From: Flaccisagitta enflata
Taxonomy: Eukaryota
Reading direction: 5' to 3'
DNA length: 64,000 bases
Assembly: GCA_965153355.1 (NCBI GenBank)
Contig: OZ231126.1
Coordinates: 45,260,001-45,324,000, forward strand
Within the stretch, counting starts at the first letter, position 1; the number at the start of each line of letters is the position of its first letter. The notes beneath the pieces are model-generated. The model was not told where the DNA came from. It saw only the letters and a list, made by a program, of their open reading frames with translations, and made no database searches. Shown here piece after piece: positions 28,012 to 45,869 of the stretch. Both the position numbers and the translations under genes were made by a program.

Positions 28012-28156
28012 AACAAGGCCGGATACACGGCAATCCAGTCGCGGACGGTTGGGCAGGAGCAGTAATGCGAAAACCGCTCGGAATTCAAAAATGTGACCTA
28101 CCTACCGACCGACCGACCGACAGGACAAGGTGTAGAGTCGCGTGTCCGCGACTAAA
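28012..28156 (-). mobile_element. HINE short subfamily A'
   Basis: aacaaggccggatacacggc...agtcgcggac...(ACCG)n...agtcgcgtgtccgcgactaaa. Confidence 0.85.
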
Positions 28157-28340
28157 GAAAGAGCTACCAAAGCATTCTTCTAATCATGGCAACTCTAACA
28201 TTCTTCTAATCATGTCAACTCTAACAACAACAAGCATGTAAACTATACGGTAAAAAGATCAATCTTATGTCTCCTTCATTCTATATTGACCATATTGTTT
28301 TCATGATTCCCCAACACATTTATGGTGAAAGGGGAGGATG

Positions 28341-28506
<166 letters not shown>

Positions 28507-29824
28507 ACTATAAAAAAAATTCATATTTTTTTTCTTCTCTAGATTTTTTTTCTCAAAATTTTCAATTTTTCTTAATGCTTATCTTATCGCTGATTTAACA
28601 TTTTTTTTCCTATCGAATGTCTGAGAAAATCTCGTTTTGCCCGGGGCCGACAAAAACAGGCTTCTAAATGAAGGTCTTTGGACTCATACAAGTAACGTTT
28701 GAAAAGATACTTCGTTGTTACTGCGGCCACATGAAGCAGGGCCCGATAATTGGCCATAAACAAAACGGCAGGTCGCACAAACTCATAACTACCTAAAAAA
28801 TAAACACGGTGTGTGGGTTAACTGGCAGAGAAGGGAGACGGGCAGAAAAAAAAGATGTTAATAAATTTTGTGAAAAAAATCTAGGAACAAAATTCGGATG
28901 ACTCATATTTCCCCGCCTTTTAAATTCAATCAGAAGATGATGTGATCGATAGTCCCCGCCTTAGTAAACACTCTGTTTCTGAATTTTTTCTTTGTTCATT
29001 TTGGGGTAGACCTTTGTTTGATGTGTCACGTCACGCTGGCGTACTAGTTACTTTATTCATCGTTTGTTCCGACTCATTGTTTTGTTTTCCCCTTCCATGG
29101 AAAACATAGAAAGAGCAAGGGAAGGTTATCTGTTGAATGTCTTTACTGGCAATCTTGCTCAGGTTTAGGAAACTCACTGTTTGTTTCTGTAATCCTCACT
29201 GCTCTTCTTGGTTCCTACCCATTTTGTAATTCTTATTACTCTTTTTTATTTCCATCCCAGGGAGGCAAAATTCAAATATCTTTGACTTGAAGTACTTCGC
29301 GGCTAAATTCGAAAGAATTCTTAAAGTCAACATACGTTAATTTTGTCTGATTACCAGGAAGGTTAAGAATGCTTTCCTGATTTTTTCTCCGTCCAAAATT
29401 GGGACTTGTTAGTAGTTATTTTTCGACAGTTCTTTATTTCAACCTACTTACACAGATTGCCTAACAACATTTCCTTGGTATAAGACATAGTGATTGATTG
29501 TTACAATCGCGAAGAATAACCGGAATCTATCATACAAATTAGGAAAAAGCAAAGGTTGGGACGGTAGAGACGGCGGTTAATCGTATTTGGCGCGAGTGAA
29601 GCCGAATGATTGATTGATCAACTTCGAGTCACCGATCAAGAATAACAATATAATAATTACCAAAACTTGATAAGTGGTCGAGATTAAAGCCAAACACCAG
29701 CTTGGGTTTGGCAGCGGGACGTCTGACCTGAAATTACTTAAGCCTTCTTTGTTTTATTCTGCCTTTTTTCACCTCTTTAAGAAAGGGCCCGGCCCAGTTC
29801 ATTCTTTTTGTACGTACATGCTTT

Positions 29825-30113
<289 letters not shown>

Positions 30114-30483
30114 TGCCATCTCATCACAGGCTCTTTATTGCCATTTAAATACGTTTCCTGGAGCATATACTTCCACGTGCGTCTTCGGCGTCAACCTTTT
30201 TGTTTTGTTTTTTTTCTTTCCTGCGCCGCGGCCGGCGACATTATTTCCTTTCTTTTTCTCTTGCTTCCTTTAACCGGCCGTCAGATCGGATCGGAGTCTT
30301 TTGTCTTTTGTTTTTCCTGCGCTTTTGTTTTTAATGTCAAGGTAAACTGGCGCTTAAGACGCGCGGTGGCGCAACGCATCGCACCGCGTTGCACCGCGTC
30401 GTCGCAACCCGCGTAATTTATCTTCCAAAATTCCGCTCCTTTCAAAAAAATTTGACAGCACCGGCGCGAGCGAGCGTCAAAGA

Positions 30484-30580
<97 letters not shown>

Positions 30581-30796
30581 TGAGCGTCGGTAAGGTATTT
30601 TGTAGCGGGCGATATCCGGTTTTATTGCACGCGAAAGACACAACTCGTCCTCTCGAGACAACATTAGCAAAAACCAACAAAATAAGCGAGATAAAGGAGC
30701 CATTCGCATTACAGGTACACTGAAGGTCTTTATAATCGTACATGCGTCTATTTTGAAAAAGAGTTGAATTTAACAGCTACTAAATAGCTCTTTCAC

Positions 30797-30942
<146 letters not shown>

Positions 30943-32619
30943 CTTGTATCCCATAGAAAATGTATGGGAAGGATTTTGGCCATCTAGGGTCCCTATCTTT
31001 TATAATGGGAAAGTGGGTGGGGTGGCGGTCATGAGTAAACTTTATGTGATCCTTACCAGATCTTAGAGTCATAATCTATGATGGAAATGGTCACATTTCT
31101 CCCGCTGGGGTGATGAGATTTGAGTTTTACCATATTTTCAGTCACCTTAGTAAACATGACAAGTATAATTATATCTTTAAAAATTGAATAAAAAAATGAA
31201 AGTGAGGTCAATATTTAGCTAATGAGAAGATGATGAGTAAAACGATTGGCTTTTCTGCCTTATGAAGCCTGTAAGTTTGATTACAATGCCTTGCTCATCC
31301 TTCATTCACCAACATTGAAATTGTTTGCCACGCATTGTACAGGTGGGCAGAGGCGAATAACCATCAAAGACCGAGGGATCGACCAAATGTTTCATCTTTT
31401 GTTTCAGTTGAACAAACCCATAAAATAGAACGGAAAAACCGGAAGAAACGAGCCAAACGGGAAACAAACGCGCTCCTGAAATAAGCGCAATTGTTTTTAC
31501 TCGCTTCCATAACAAGCTTTCAAGCCAGAGGGTCTTTTTTTTTTTTTTTTTTTTACTTTTTTCCTTTCTTTTCTTTCTTTTCTTTCCTTTTGTTCTTTCC
31601 CATTTGTAATGTTGAGCCGAACCAGAAATCGTACCTTGCTGTAATTTGGTAGCAAGCTTCGAATATCGTTCGTTCCGGACCTTCGGTTCAAACTGATTTG
31701 AGGATTTGAGGAGAGCACAGCAACGACGAAATTGTCGACATATCGCAAATGCAGTCCGTAGAAGTACTTCGACATCGTCTTTCTATTGGAGCTGGAATTT
31801 TGGTCTCCCGGTTATTGAATATTATTCGAAGATTAGAAGTTTGGATTCAAGACTTAGGCTAGGTCCCAAAAAGCCTATTCATAATTCAACTGACGTCGGA
31901 CGAAGATCACAAAAGGGAAATGATTGAATTTTCAAATTGTGTTTAAAGATGACCCGCCCAACTGCGTCGTTCTTTTTCTCGGGCGACAAAACTTCGGGAA
32001 ATCATCGTTTTCAATTTTTACATACAATAATTCCATATATTCATGAACAGGCATTCATATTTTGTAAACCTTCCGAGAGGCAAAAGTTTTTCCCCATGAG
32101 TTTCGGACACGGCACTGATGTCACAGGCCTGGTGATTCTAGATCAGCAAGCTGCGCCGCTTCTCAATTGGGGACAAAAGATATGGTGAGGAAGAAGAAGA
32201 AGAAGAAAAAGAAAAAGAAAAAGAAAAAGAAAAAGAAAAAGAAAAAGAAAAAGAAGAAGAAGAAGAAGAAGAAGAAGAAGAAGAAGAATGAGGAGGAGGA
32301 GGAGGAGGAGGAGAAGGAAAAACTGGAAGCATTAAAAAACGGCAATAACAAGTCGTTTTAAGTTAGTAATGATATCATTTGCATACTGCAGTTTTAAGAT
32401 GATTGGTCCATTGTAATTTCGTTGATTCGATCTACTGTCAAAAAGATTTGAAACTATAGTTTAAACTGATTTGTGTCTATCGTGAATGTAGAAAAGAAAA
32501 CCTAATGCGCATGTAAAAGATATCCATATTGTTTATGTTGTTAACACAACCTCCTGCAAGTAAGATTTATATTGATGATGAACACAGCGAAAAAACCTCA
32601 AGTCACAGAAATCCAATGT

Positions 32620-33475
32620 CGGTGGTTGCCTCATCGGGAAAAAAGTCGAAGTCAGTCTTCGACTTTTTGACATATTCGAGAAAAACAGGGTTTTCATTTT
32701 CTTATGCGGAAGTTGTGCATCTCATCCGGCTGATTGTGGCTTCCGATGAAATTTATAGGGTAAGTAAATTTAATAATTCTCTTTCATTTGGCGCCAAGCA
32801 GAAGTCTCTGGGACAAATATTTTTCGCGTTATGAATTTTTAAAGATTTATTTACGAAAAATGCAAATTGAATTTTTTTCGATTTTTCATGATTTTGTGTA
32901 GGATCAATAAAGGAGCGTATTTATGGTTGTTTGAGCATGCAAATATAAGAAAACATGTTTATGAGCAAACTTGCTCATCGGTAAGGGTGTTTTAGAGGAT
33001 TCTAGCTCATTTAGCTCACTTAGCTCAATCTATTTTTTCTGATTTCAAATACGATAAATGAATAAATATTTTCATACTTGTTTAAGCAAGCAAATTAAAA
33101 AAAACATATTAGTGAGCAGAGCTGCTCACCTGTGAGGTGTTTTTAAGTATTCTAGCTCATTCAGCTCATTTAGCTTGCTCTTTTTCTCTGATTTGAAATA
33201 GGATAAATAAATTAATGTTTTGATTTAAGCATGCAAATACAAGAAAGCATATCAGTAAGAAAAGCTGGTTGTCTGGTTGAATCATTTTGAATACTTTAGC
33301 TCATCTAGCTCATTTGGCTCAGTTCTATTTTTCTCTGATTTTCAGTGAAATCAATACATACAATTGCTTTTGATTTGATCTAACAGAAAAAAAGAAAAAT
33401 TTTGGTGACTGAAGTCAAAAGCACGGTGAAAAGTGACCAATGCTTACGACTTTTTTCCTCACGGCGACAGCCGCC
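32620..33475. mobile_element. Degenerate TIR element containing three diverged tandem repeats of about 150 bp
   Basis: Imperfect ends ggtggttgcc...gaaaaaagtcg / cgactttttttcc...acagccgcc; the unit agcatgcaaat...tagctcatttagctc recurs near 32930, 33080 and 33225. Confidence 0.55.
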
Positions 33476-33720
33476 ATTACTGGTAGCTATTGCCATGGTT
33501 GAATACTGTTTGAGGCTGGAGTCCGGACTCAGGAGGCTGTAAGTCTACAAAGTTGCGGGGAGTCATTCTGAACCAAGCCAGGTCTCAACAGATGGGTGTC
33601 CGCACTGGTTAGAAACAAGGTCGGGTATAGAGTATAGAGAAAGAGTTAGGGCCAGGTGTATGTTTGGTTTTGTATAATTGAGCTCAAGTGTGCTTTAGTT
33701 AAAGATTTGCCTGTTTGGGA

Positions 33721-33917
33721 AACAAGGCCGGATACATGGCTACCCAAGTCGCGTGCGGGTGGGCAGGGGCAGTGATGGACAAGGTCACTGGAGCATTTGG
33801 GCAGGAGCAGTGAGCTAAAAACGCTGAAAAAGTAAAATGGGGACCGACCGACCGACTGACCGACCAATGAACCAACGGACGGATGGACAGACAAAGCAGA
33901 GTGTTGAGTTGCGTACT
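33721..33917 (-). mobile_element. HINE family A copy, hairpin end eroded
   Basis: aacaaggccggatacatggctacccaagtcgcgtgcgggtgggc... Confidence 0.8.
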
Positions 33918-34553
33918 GATTGTTTGAGCATGATATCTATTTGGATAAGATTCCTTGCATTGAAATTTTGTTTTCTTGTTATTTGGACATCCCTTTGAAA
34001 TGTCCAATGAAAATGATATAAACTAATGAGAAAAACCTTTAAAAATGATTTTCTCAAGAGCTGCGGGCAGTTGGGGCAAATGTGAAAAATCTTCTCTGTG
34101 GGGAAACTGTTTTGAGGCCCTGCAGACTATTCAATGATAAGTGCATGTGGCTATGAAAGTGCGATCCTGATGGGGAAGGGTGCTTTACCTTACTGCTGAT
34201 CCCCACCTTCAAGTCAAGTTGGTAGCGTTTAGGGTAATTTTTTGCCTCGGCAGAAAAGAAGAATTATGATGCCTGCTGATGTCATCATTCTATTAGAGAC
34301 CCATAGTGGTAGTAGGTTGCAAAATGACACATTTAATTACACGTATGAACTTCATTTGTCAAAATTGGCCATGAAATAAAACTAAAAACCAATTGTGTGA
34401 AAATTTTTTTAAAAATTTCTAAATTCTATCGGAAAACCAAATTCTTTTTACATGTCCGACAAAATGTCTCCAGTGATCCACAGACCCCTTGAGTTTTATA
34501 ATCTCATCTCTCTTCCTTCTTTCCTTTCTCCTTTCTTTCCCTCCTCCTTTCAT

Positions 34554-34625
<72 letters not shown>

Positions 34626-35447
34626 TTTGTTTCTTCCTCACTTTCTTTCTATCTTTTCTCCTTTCCTTTCTTTTTTCCTTATTTTCTTTTCTTCTCTCTT
34701 TCCCCCTTCCCTCTTCCAAGTTCTTCCAACAAATTTCTTCACCTTCCGAGAAGCGGCGCTTCCCGCTTCTTCAAAATATGAAGACCTGTTCATGAAATTG
34801 ATATTAGTTTTAAGATATATAGATATGACCTCCCCATCATTTCAGTTTTAGTCGCACTCTACTGTATCCCATCCTTTAATGTTTTTCTTCTCGCGGTCCT
34901 TGATCAAATCTTCTGCTTCTCACACCCTCCGCCCATATCCTCGCTAAAAACGCACACCATCATATCCCCGCTAATAACACACTCAACATCATCATCAACA
35001 CCATCTAGATATTTACGCCTTGCAATGATTACGTCCTCGACCCCCGAATTCAGACCCCCGAATTGAGACCCCCTTTGGCCTCAACTCGATTCGCCTTTTC
35101 AGGCCCCTCCCATGCTCGGTTGGGGGAAAATGAAAAACACCTCCACATTTTGTTCTTTGGCCCTGAAATGATTTCTTTCTTCTTTCTCTCTCTTTCTCTC
35201 TCTCTCTCGTTAATTGACTCAATTTCTTCACTTTTACTCTTCTAATTCAAAAGGAAAACAAGCAAAGATTTGATTAGGATTTGGAATCGTATATACCGAA
35301 GAGGAGTTGGAGGTGAAACAATCAGTGAAATGAATGGGGTGAATGCTGTAGATAAACGAACGTTTAAACAAATGTGTTACAAAATGAACGAATGTCATAC
35401 AGAATGAAAAAAAGAAAAGAAAAGAGAAAAAAGAAGTAATGAGTGAG

Positions 35448-36165
<718 letters not shown>

Positions 36166-36223
36166 AAATGAAATTGAAATTAGATTAGTGAAGTCTCGAG
36201 ATTGAAGAAGTTAATTGACGAAA

Positions 36224-36254
<31 letters not shown>

Positions 36255-36631
36255 TGTGTCGTACAGACAGAGAGACAGACAGAGAGACATCAGACACCGA
36301 GACAGACAGACACCCAGACAGACAGACAGACACCCAGACAGACACACAGACACACAGAAAGGAATGAGACCCCCACTCCACTCTCCTAACTCGATCGACT
36401 GAGCGTTTCACAAAAGTACCATTATGAATCTGATTTTCATAAACAAAGAAACCTTGAATGGTCTCCCTTGGATTTCAGTGGGACGCAAACGCCAGGAATC
36501 TATTTGGAAAATAGCAAAGAGAAATTTGGAAAAGGAAAAAAGAAATCATATTTGCGATTTTGTCTTGTTTGTTTCTTTTTCGGATATTTTTTCTTGGCTA
36601 TCAGTTGTTGCTTGCTACCTCCTTTCCCACC

Positions 36632-36732
<101 letters not shown>

Positions 36733-37272
36733 ATCCATCCATAGCATTTTCTACAACCTCCTGCTGATGTCTTTATCGTGGCTTTTGGCATCCGCTGAAA
36801 CAACAGAAGGTTAGTGAATCCTATGAGTTGAGAATGTATACTTTTCCTTACAGCATGTCCGGGCATTTCCGCCACCGTTGATGTAACTGTCATCCCCGTC
36901 ATTTATTGTGGCGACGTTGTCGTCGTCGTCAGAGTTATTGTAACTGCCATCATTTCTCAATTGATAAAAGCATGAGATAAAATTGAGTTAAAAGAAACTT
37001 ACCTGCTCCTTTGGTCAAGATGTCCCTCTCGCCTGTCCTGTCAATCGCTACATTACCACTACCTCTATCTCCCTACACCATACACTCACTCACGTTATGA
37101 CCAACCATCATTATTTCAATACTCACTGTGTGTATCCTGCACCTTTTTGCCCTTCAACCAAAGCGAATAAATCTTCGACCAGATTTTGTTTTCTCATTCG
37201 AATTAAATGCAATTTTGTTTTTGAAACAAAAAACTTTTCTTCCTTTCAATTTCCTTCTCCCCTCTCTTCTCT

Positions 37273-37381
<109 letters not shown>

Positions 37382-37513
37382 GTATCCGGTTCATTTCTGC
37401 TCTTCTTCAATGGTTTTACCTTCTTTCAGGTAAATGTCACAATCTCTTTTCGAAGCGAGAACCCGACTTACCACCACGTTAACACTGTTACCGCAATGTC
37501 TATTGCATTGTGA

Positions 37514-38800
37514 ATAGTTTTTATAGTTTGATGACCTACCTAACTACCTGGATTACCTTGCCAAACCATTTTTTGTGACCACCCCTACTCCTAGGGGACC
37601 TAAAAATAAGGTCAAAATGGCCACATTGGCATGTCCGGATTTTGTCCGGACAAGCAAATAACAAGCAAAACCTATCAAAAAATAGATAATCTGATCATTT
37701 CTCAGCTTTTACTCAGGTATCAGCAATTCCATGTAATGTACAAAAAATTTCATCCCACTGCGCAAATGCTAAGTTGTTCAAATGTTGTAATATCATCCAA
37801 TTTTAATCCTCCTGATTTTTTTGCCGTTTCACAGCAAAATCTGAGTATGTCGATTATCTTTTTTTAAAACACTATCAATTCTCAAAGTTAAGCAGTTTTC
37901 AGGTTTCCATCTAATAGAGCACTACTTGAAGGACATATGCTCCAAATTTCATGCCACTGTGACACCCCAATCCGGCGTAATCACACTTTTCTTCAAGCGT
38001 GATTATTCCGCACACCCCCCCAGCTCTTCTGTCACACTCATGTCACGCTGTCAGTCTGTCACTGTCACGCCATTGCGAAGCTGATGATGGAAATTTGGTT
38101 GACATGATGAGAATGAGCATGAAATTTTGCATCTCCACTGAAAATTTCAGATCTTAACTCCTTGGCATTCAGTCATAATGAAATTTTCAAAGTGAGTGGT
38201 TGGTTGATTGTTGCAGAATAATCACGCTTCGCGATGAATCTTTGTAGTTAATTCTTTGTTTCCACACAGCGCTTCTCACACCAATAAGCGATGCTTTTGT
38301 ATCTTAATTTGGTGAAATTTCTTAAAATCAAAGTTGGCATATCTCAAGAACGATTTGAGCTAGCCCATTGAAACTTTGCATGGTTGATACGTAGATCAAG
38401 AAGGTCCTTTGCCTAGATTCTGATGCGACCTAAAGAATGTTATGCAGTCCAACCAGACCAACCAGCCTACCAGATGAAAAAACGAAAAAGTGGCATAACT
38501 TCCATAATAATTGTCCGATCTGGTTGAAATTTTGCATGAAGCTTCCTTTAAAGGTTCCTCATCACTGGTTTGAATAAGAGCTTGGTTAAAAAAAATTTTC
38601 TCCAACAGCCCACCCAGCCAGAAATGGTACTTATAGAGATTTTTTAAAAAACTAAAAAAATTCAAAGATTTCTTAGCAACATATGATCACACATGATTGC
38701 TTGAACATTATCAATAAGAATTTTACTGTTATATTGATTTCTTTATTGTATTTAGCTAAATTCTTTAGTTATAAAACTGCCAGTAATACCGTTTTAAGCC
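37514..38800. mobile_element. Probable old non-autonomous DNA transposon remnant
   Basis: Recurrent aaatttca / tgaaattttgcat / catatctc / cataact motifs typical of such elements; boundaries uncertain. Confidence 0.35.
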
Positions 38801-39489
38801 TAATTTGCATGAAAAATGAGCTTTTATAAGAAAATCCAAGTATGGATTCATACGTTATAACAGGTAAGCTACATGATGATGAATGGTTTTGTTCAATTTT
38901 CAAACATGAAAAATTGATGAATTCCACCCGTCCAGGGTTGGCTTTCCATGACAATCGCCTTCAGCTCTACACCTTCTGCTATTCCCATGCTTGACCCACA
39001 GCCTATTGCTATCCGAAGAAGATGTACTATTGAACCCCACAATAATGGATGCTAACCAACAAACTTTATCTGATATAAGCGTATTTTTGTTATTGCCCAT
39101 TTAGGAAATAAAAGAAAATATCATGAAGGGACTAAGATTATGAGATTATAAGATTATATTGCGTTATAAGCGAGGTGTCTTCATGTCATGTCATAATGTT
39201 AACAGTGATGAAAGAGTAATGAAACTCGCCAGGTGAGATTTTTAATGAAAGCAGCAATTTAAAGTGTCACATCTGCAGAATAGAAAATTGATATGAAACT
39301 GGAGAATTATCATGAAACTCGATAGAGCATGTAGCAAGGAAAGTGGATGACTATAGAGTGGAGTAAACAGTAATGAAGGGGGGGGGGTGGAAATTGGGGT
39401 AGTTAAGACTTATGTGAAATCCACGTTCTTCAGTTGGTTTATTTTAACCCCCTCTTCAAGAACTTCACTCTATTTCCCCCTTGAACATT

Positions 39490-39581
<92 letters not shown>

Positions 39582-40239
39582 ATTCTTTCACGTCGATTGG
39601 TGCGATGTAAATCATGTAATTATTTCAATTAGTGGGACCTCGATTCTGCTCAGTCGTGAGTACGAACAATAAACAAAGGAGAGAAAGATGGCTCAGGCGG
39701 ACGATCACACCGAGTAGTCATACATTGGCTTGGCTTTGTGCGTGTGCATTATCATCATGCATCTGCATATGATCCTTCTCAATCCAGAGATGTTTTTTTA
39801 AAAGTATTCCGACGTTACAGCAACGAGTATTGTGTGTGCGTTAGTGCGTAACACATCACTGTACCCATTTGACTTTAAAAGAATATGTGTTGAGACATGG
39901 GAAAACCATTAAAGTAGCCACGATTGGATCTGTCCACCACCAGTTCATCTGTCCGTCTATTATACCCGGTGCGGTCTATGGCCCTCGCCTACCAAGTCGT
40001 AATCATTGCGTTTTTGCAATGCTTGAGCGCTAAATTTCGAATTGATGATGAAGGTATTTATCGGGCACTTAAGTATCATACATTGATAAACCACGAGCAG
40101 GTGCGATGTACCAGATTCATTCTCTCTCATTCCTCGTTTTGCTTGTAAGACCCTTGACTTCGTTTTAATCTGATAAACAACATGAAGGTTTCACATTCCT
40201 AAGTCATTGACTGTCTGGGTTTTTTTTCAACTGTGTTTA

Positions 40240-40285
<46 letters not shown>

Positions 40286-40490
40286 ATCTGTTTGTTTGAT
40301 TTTGGCAAGTATTTTGCCATCAGACATTATCCCTTGAGCTAACTGCAATCATCTGACTCTTTTTCTACTTGTCTTTTTGTCTTTTTGTCTGTCTGTCCAT
40401 CTGTCTGTCTGTCCATCTGTCTGTCTGTCTGTGTGTCTGTTTGTCTGTCGGTCTCTGTGTGTCTGTCTGAGTCTCTCTCTCTCTCTCTCG

Positions 40491-40749
<259 letters not shown>

Positions 40750-41146
40750 CATCCCATTAGCCAAAAGTGTCGATGGGCATCCAGGGGTTTTTCTTAGTTT
40801 TTTTGGCAGGTGCTTTATCATGGAAAGGAACCCTCTTTCCAAACTCGTCCAAAAAAACAAAAGCATGCCAACTTTTTCTCTTTTTTTTTCTAAACTTGGA
40901 AACTTTATTTTCCTCGAAAAAAAAACAATCTATTTCTTTTCTCCTTTCGAGCACGGTACTCGCGAATTTTGTCCGTGAATTACTTACATTTGTCAAAATC
41001 TTTTGAACGTCTCGATTCTTTTTCAATTGTTGAATAATGATTTTTCACAAAAACAGTCCCGTGATACTGTGAATCCAAGAAGCAAAGGATGAGAGGTAAC
41101 GTTTTAGCAAAGGAATTATACAATGAAAAAGATAAAAAAGAAAGAA

Positions 41147-41660
41147 AACAAGTGAGGCGGGGTCACAATATCGGTGCGGACGGGTGGGCAGGGGCATCCA
41201 AACCCAATCCATACCCCAAGTCCCCAACTCACATGCACAAAAAGCATCTAAAACACTCGTTTCCTCACTTTTAGACATACTGGAATTCATAAGCCGCTGC
41301 TTTTCTTTTCTTTGTATTTGTCATCTAAACAACAAATTATGCTCAATTGTAAGAAAACTACATGTTTAAACATTGAAGACTTATGAAAAATCAAGGAAGG
41401 AAGTTGTTGTCTTGTTCTTCCTCTTATCAAAAATTGTTTCCGCTTTTCCAATTAAGTGTTAAAAAAAAAATTCAAAAGATTAACTTTTTCTGAAATCAGT
41501 AAAATATACAGGGTAATACCCCCTTTTAGACTGTCCCAGCGGCATTCATTTTTACACATGCTCGTGTCCACGGATGGACCGACGGACCGACCGATGGACC
41601 AATGGACGGACTGACGGATGGAAAAAGCTTCTTATAGAGTTGCGTGTCCGCCACTAAAAA
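41147..41660 (-). mobile_element. HINE family C copy interrupted by an insertion of about 270 bp
   Basis: Both ends are collinear with 50514-50749. Confidence 0.75.
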
Positions 41661-41679
41661 GAAGGAAAAGAAAGAAGGA

Positions 41680-41742
<63 letters not shown>

Positions 41743-41770
41743 GAAGAGAAAAGAAAAAAGAAGAAAAGAA

Positions 41771-41811
<41 letters not shown>

Positions 41812-42051
41812 AGAAAGAAAGAGAAAGAAAGAAAGAAGAAAGAAGAAAGAAGAAAGAAAGAAAGAAAGAAAGAAGAAGAAGAAAAGAAAAGAAGAAAAGA
41901 AAGAAAAGAAGAAGAAGAAGAAGAAAGAAAGAAAGAGAAGAGAAGAAGAAAGAAAGAAAGAAAGAAAGAAGAAAGAAAGAAAGAAGAAAGAAAGAAAGAA
42001 AGAAGAAAGAAAGAAAGAAAGAATCAAAATGAGAAAGAAGAAAGAAAGAAA

Positions 42052-42084
<33 letters not shown>

Positions 42085-42097
42085 AAAAAGAAAAATA

Positions 42098-42129
<32 letters not shown>

Positions 42130-42135
42130 AAAGGA

Positions 42136-42171
<36 letters not shown>

Positions 42172-42210
42172 AAGAAAGAAAGAAAGAAAGAGGAAGAGAG
42201 AAAAAAGAAA
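41657..42210. repeat. Mixed (AAAG)n/(AAG)n polypurine tract
   Basis: Directly visible. Confidence 0.95.
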
Positions 42211-43120
42211 AAAATGTAGGAAAAAGAAAAGAGCAGTACAAGAGGAATACAGGCAGACAGAAAACGGAAAGGAGAAAACGAGGAAGTGAAGGAAGGAAAA
42301 GAATGTTGCTGAATAAATCTGTTTTTGTTTTCCCTCTTTTAAGATCTTAACTTCATCATTCATCTTTGAAAACAACACAATAGAAAGTCCCAAAAAATCC
42401 TGGCCAACTCTAAATCCTGGGCATCTCTTGAGATCGGTAACCCGATGGCGCACCCCGTCACACGGAGAGAGAGAGAGAGACACACACACACACACAGACT
42501 ACAATTCTTCAAAAATTATAGCCTTCTCATCGAAAACGATAGTACAGATAAATGGTCCAACCCGGGTAAACAATTAGCTTTTTTCGTGTGAAATAGCGAT
42601 GGTTAGGGGGACAAGGCAAGGAGGGGGAGGCTATATTCAAGACGCAAGAAAAAACGCACAAAAAACCAATGATCACCTTTGTCAATTCCCTTCCCTTCTG
42701 CGCTATGTTCATTGAACATGTAAATTAGCGAAATCTGCATAAATGATTCTCCAAGTGTTTCGTCCGAAAGGGAGCAAGGCCGCATTGCCCCCCCCCCCCA
42801 AAAAAAAAAAGTTCCATGACCAAAATCACCGCAGTTAAAAACTTGCATGTAGTTTTTTACCGGACGGGGCCTTTTCTTGCAAAAGAAAATGGTTTTATCC
42901 AATCACATCATAAATGGACAGTTTGGTCAAGAGTAAACTTTCTTCGGGCTCATCTCAACCTGTCAATATCAGCTTACAAAATGGTATTCGAAGAAATCTC
43001 TCCTTTGCTATAAGGATATGGTGGTTTCATTTCTTTTTTACACTTATTTTCCTATGTTGAAATCAATATGGTAGCGTGAACACTGTACTTTAAAGAAAAC
43101 AAAAATACCTCCTCTTCTTT

Positions 43121-44989
<1,869 letters not shown>

Positions 44990-45210
44990 TTCTTCCTATC
45001 TAGCTCCCTCATGATGATTTTGCTTAAAATAAACGCTGGCATGTGATAGTGCCAACCAAATCACGTTGTACGTATTTAAAAAAAAAAAAAAAAAAAATCA
45101 ATCCCCTTGACAAGAAAATGGAAAAATCTACAGACAAAATTGCCAAAAACAGGGAAAGTGACTTAAAATCAAGCCCAATTTGGGCGCAGTGTTCAAGAAG
45201 CAATGATCAA

Positions 45211-45386
45211 AACAAGGCCGGATACACGGTGGGCAGGGGCCATATTTGAGGTCACTAGACCATTTTGGCAGAAGCAGTGAGGTCAAAAAAATAAAATCAC
45301 AAAAAAGGGTAAAATGTGACCGACCGACCAACCGACCGACCGACGGACAAAGCAGATTGTAGAGTCACCTGCACGCGACTAAAAAA
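45211..45386 (-). mobile_element. HINE family A copy with an internal deletion
   Basis: aacaaggccggatacacggtgggcagggg...gcacgcgactaaaaaa. Confidence 0.8.
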
Positions 45387-45669
45387 CTAAAGCGTGAAGT
45401 GGCATAATTTGCAATTGTGCCATTCAGTACAAAATAGGATCAACAACAGCAATGATAACGGATTTAAAGAAATGAGAAGCAACAAGTGATAAGTGCCCCA
45501 AAAAACCGGAAATGGTAACCGGAAAACCGCGGTTTTAGCGCCAACCGGAAACGGAAGTCGCGTGGCGATTAGGAGGCGCGTCGCGATGCGCGACATAAAA
45601 ATAAGCCACTCTTTTCTGTTCATGAATAGAAATTCCGAATCGAAATTCGTTCGAAGAGCCGATGTTCAA

Positions 45670-45869
45670 AACAAGGCCGGATACACGGCTACCCTGTCGC
45701 GCACGGGTGGGCAGGGTCCATACTTAAGGTCAGAAGAGCTTTTGGGCAGGAGCCGTAAAGCTAAATACCCCAAAAACGCCAAAAAAGTTAAGTGTGACGG
45801 ACCAATAGACGGACAGACGGACGGACGGACCGACAAAGCGGGGTGTAGAGTCGCGTAGCACGCGACTAA
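45670..45869 (-). mobile_element. HINE family A copy
   Basis: Intact AGTCGCGTaGcACGCGACT hairpin, GACG microsatellite, aacaaggccgg end. Confidence 0.85.

Noticed and set aside
38850-39110. Short ORFs in unique sequence
   Set aside because: No recognisable motifs in the frames I translated and no convincing exon boundaries.
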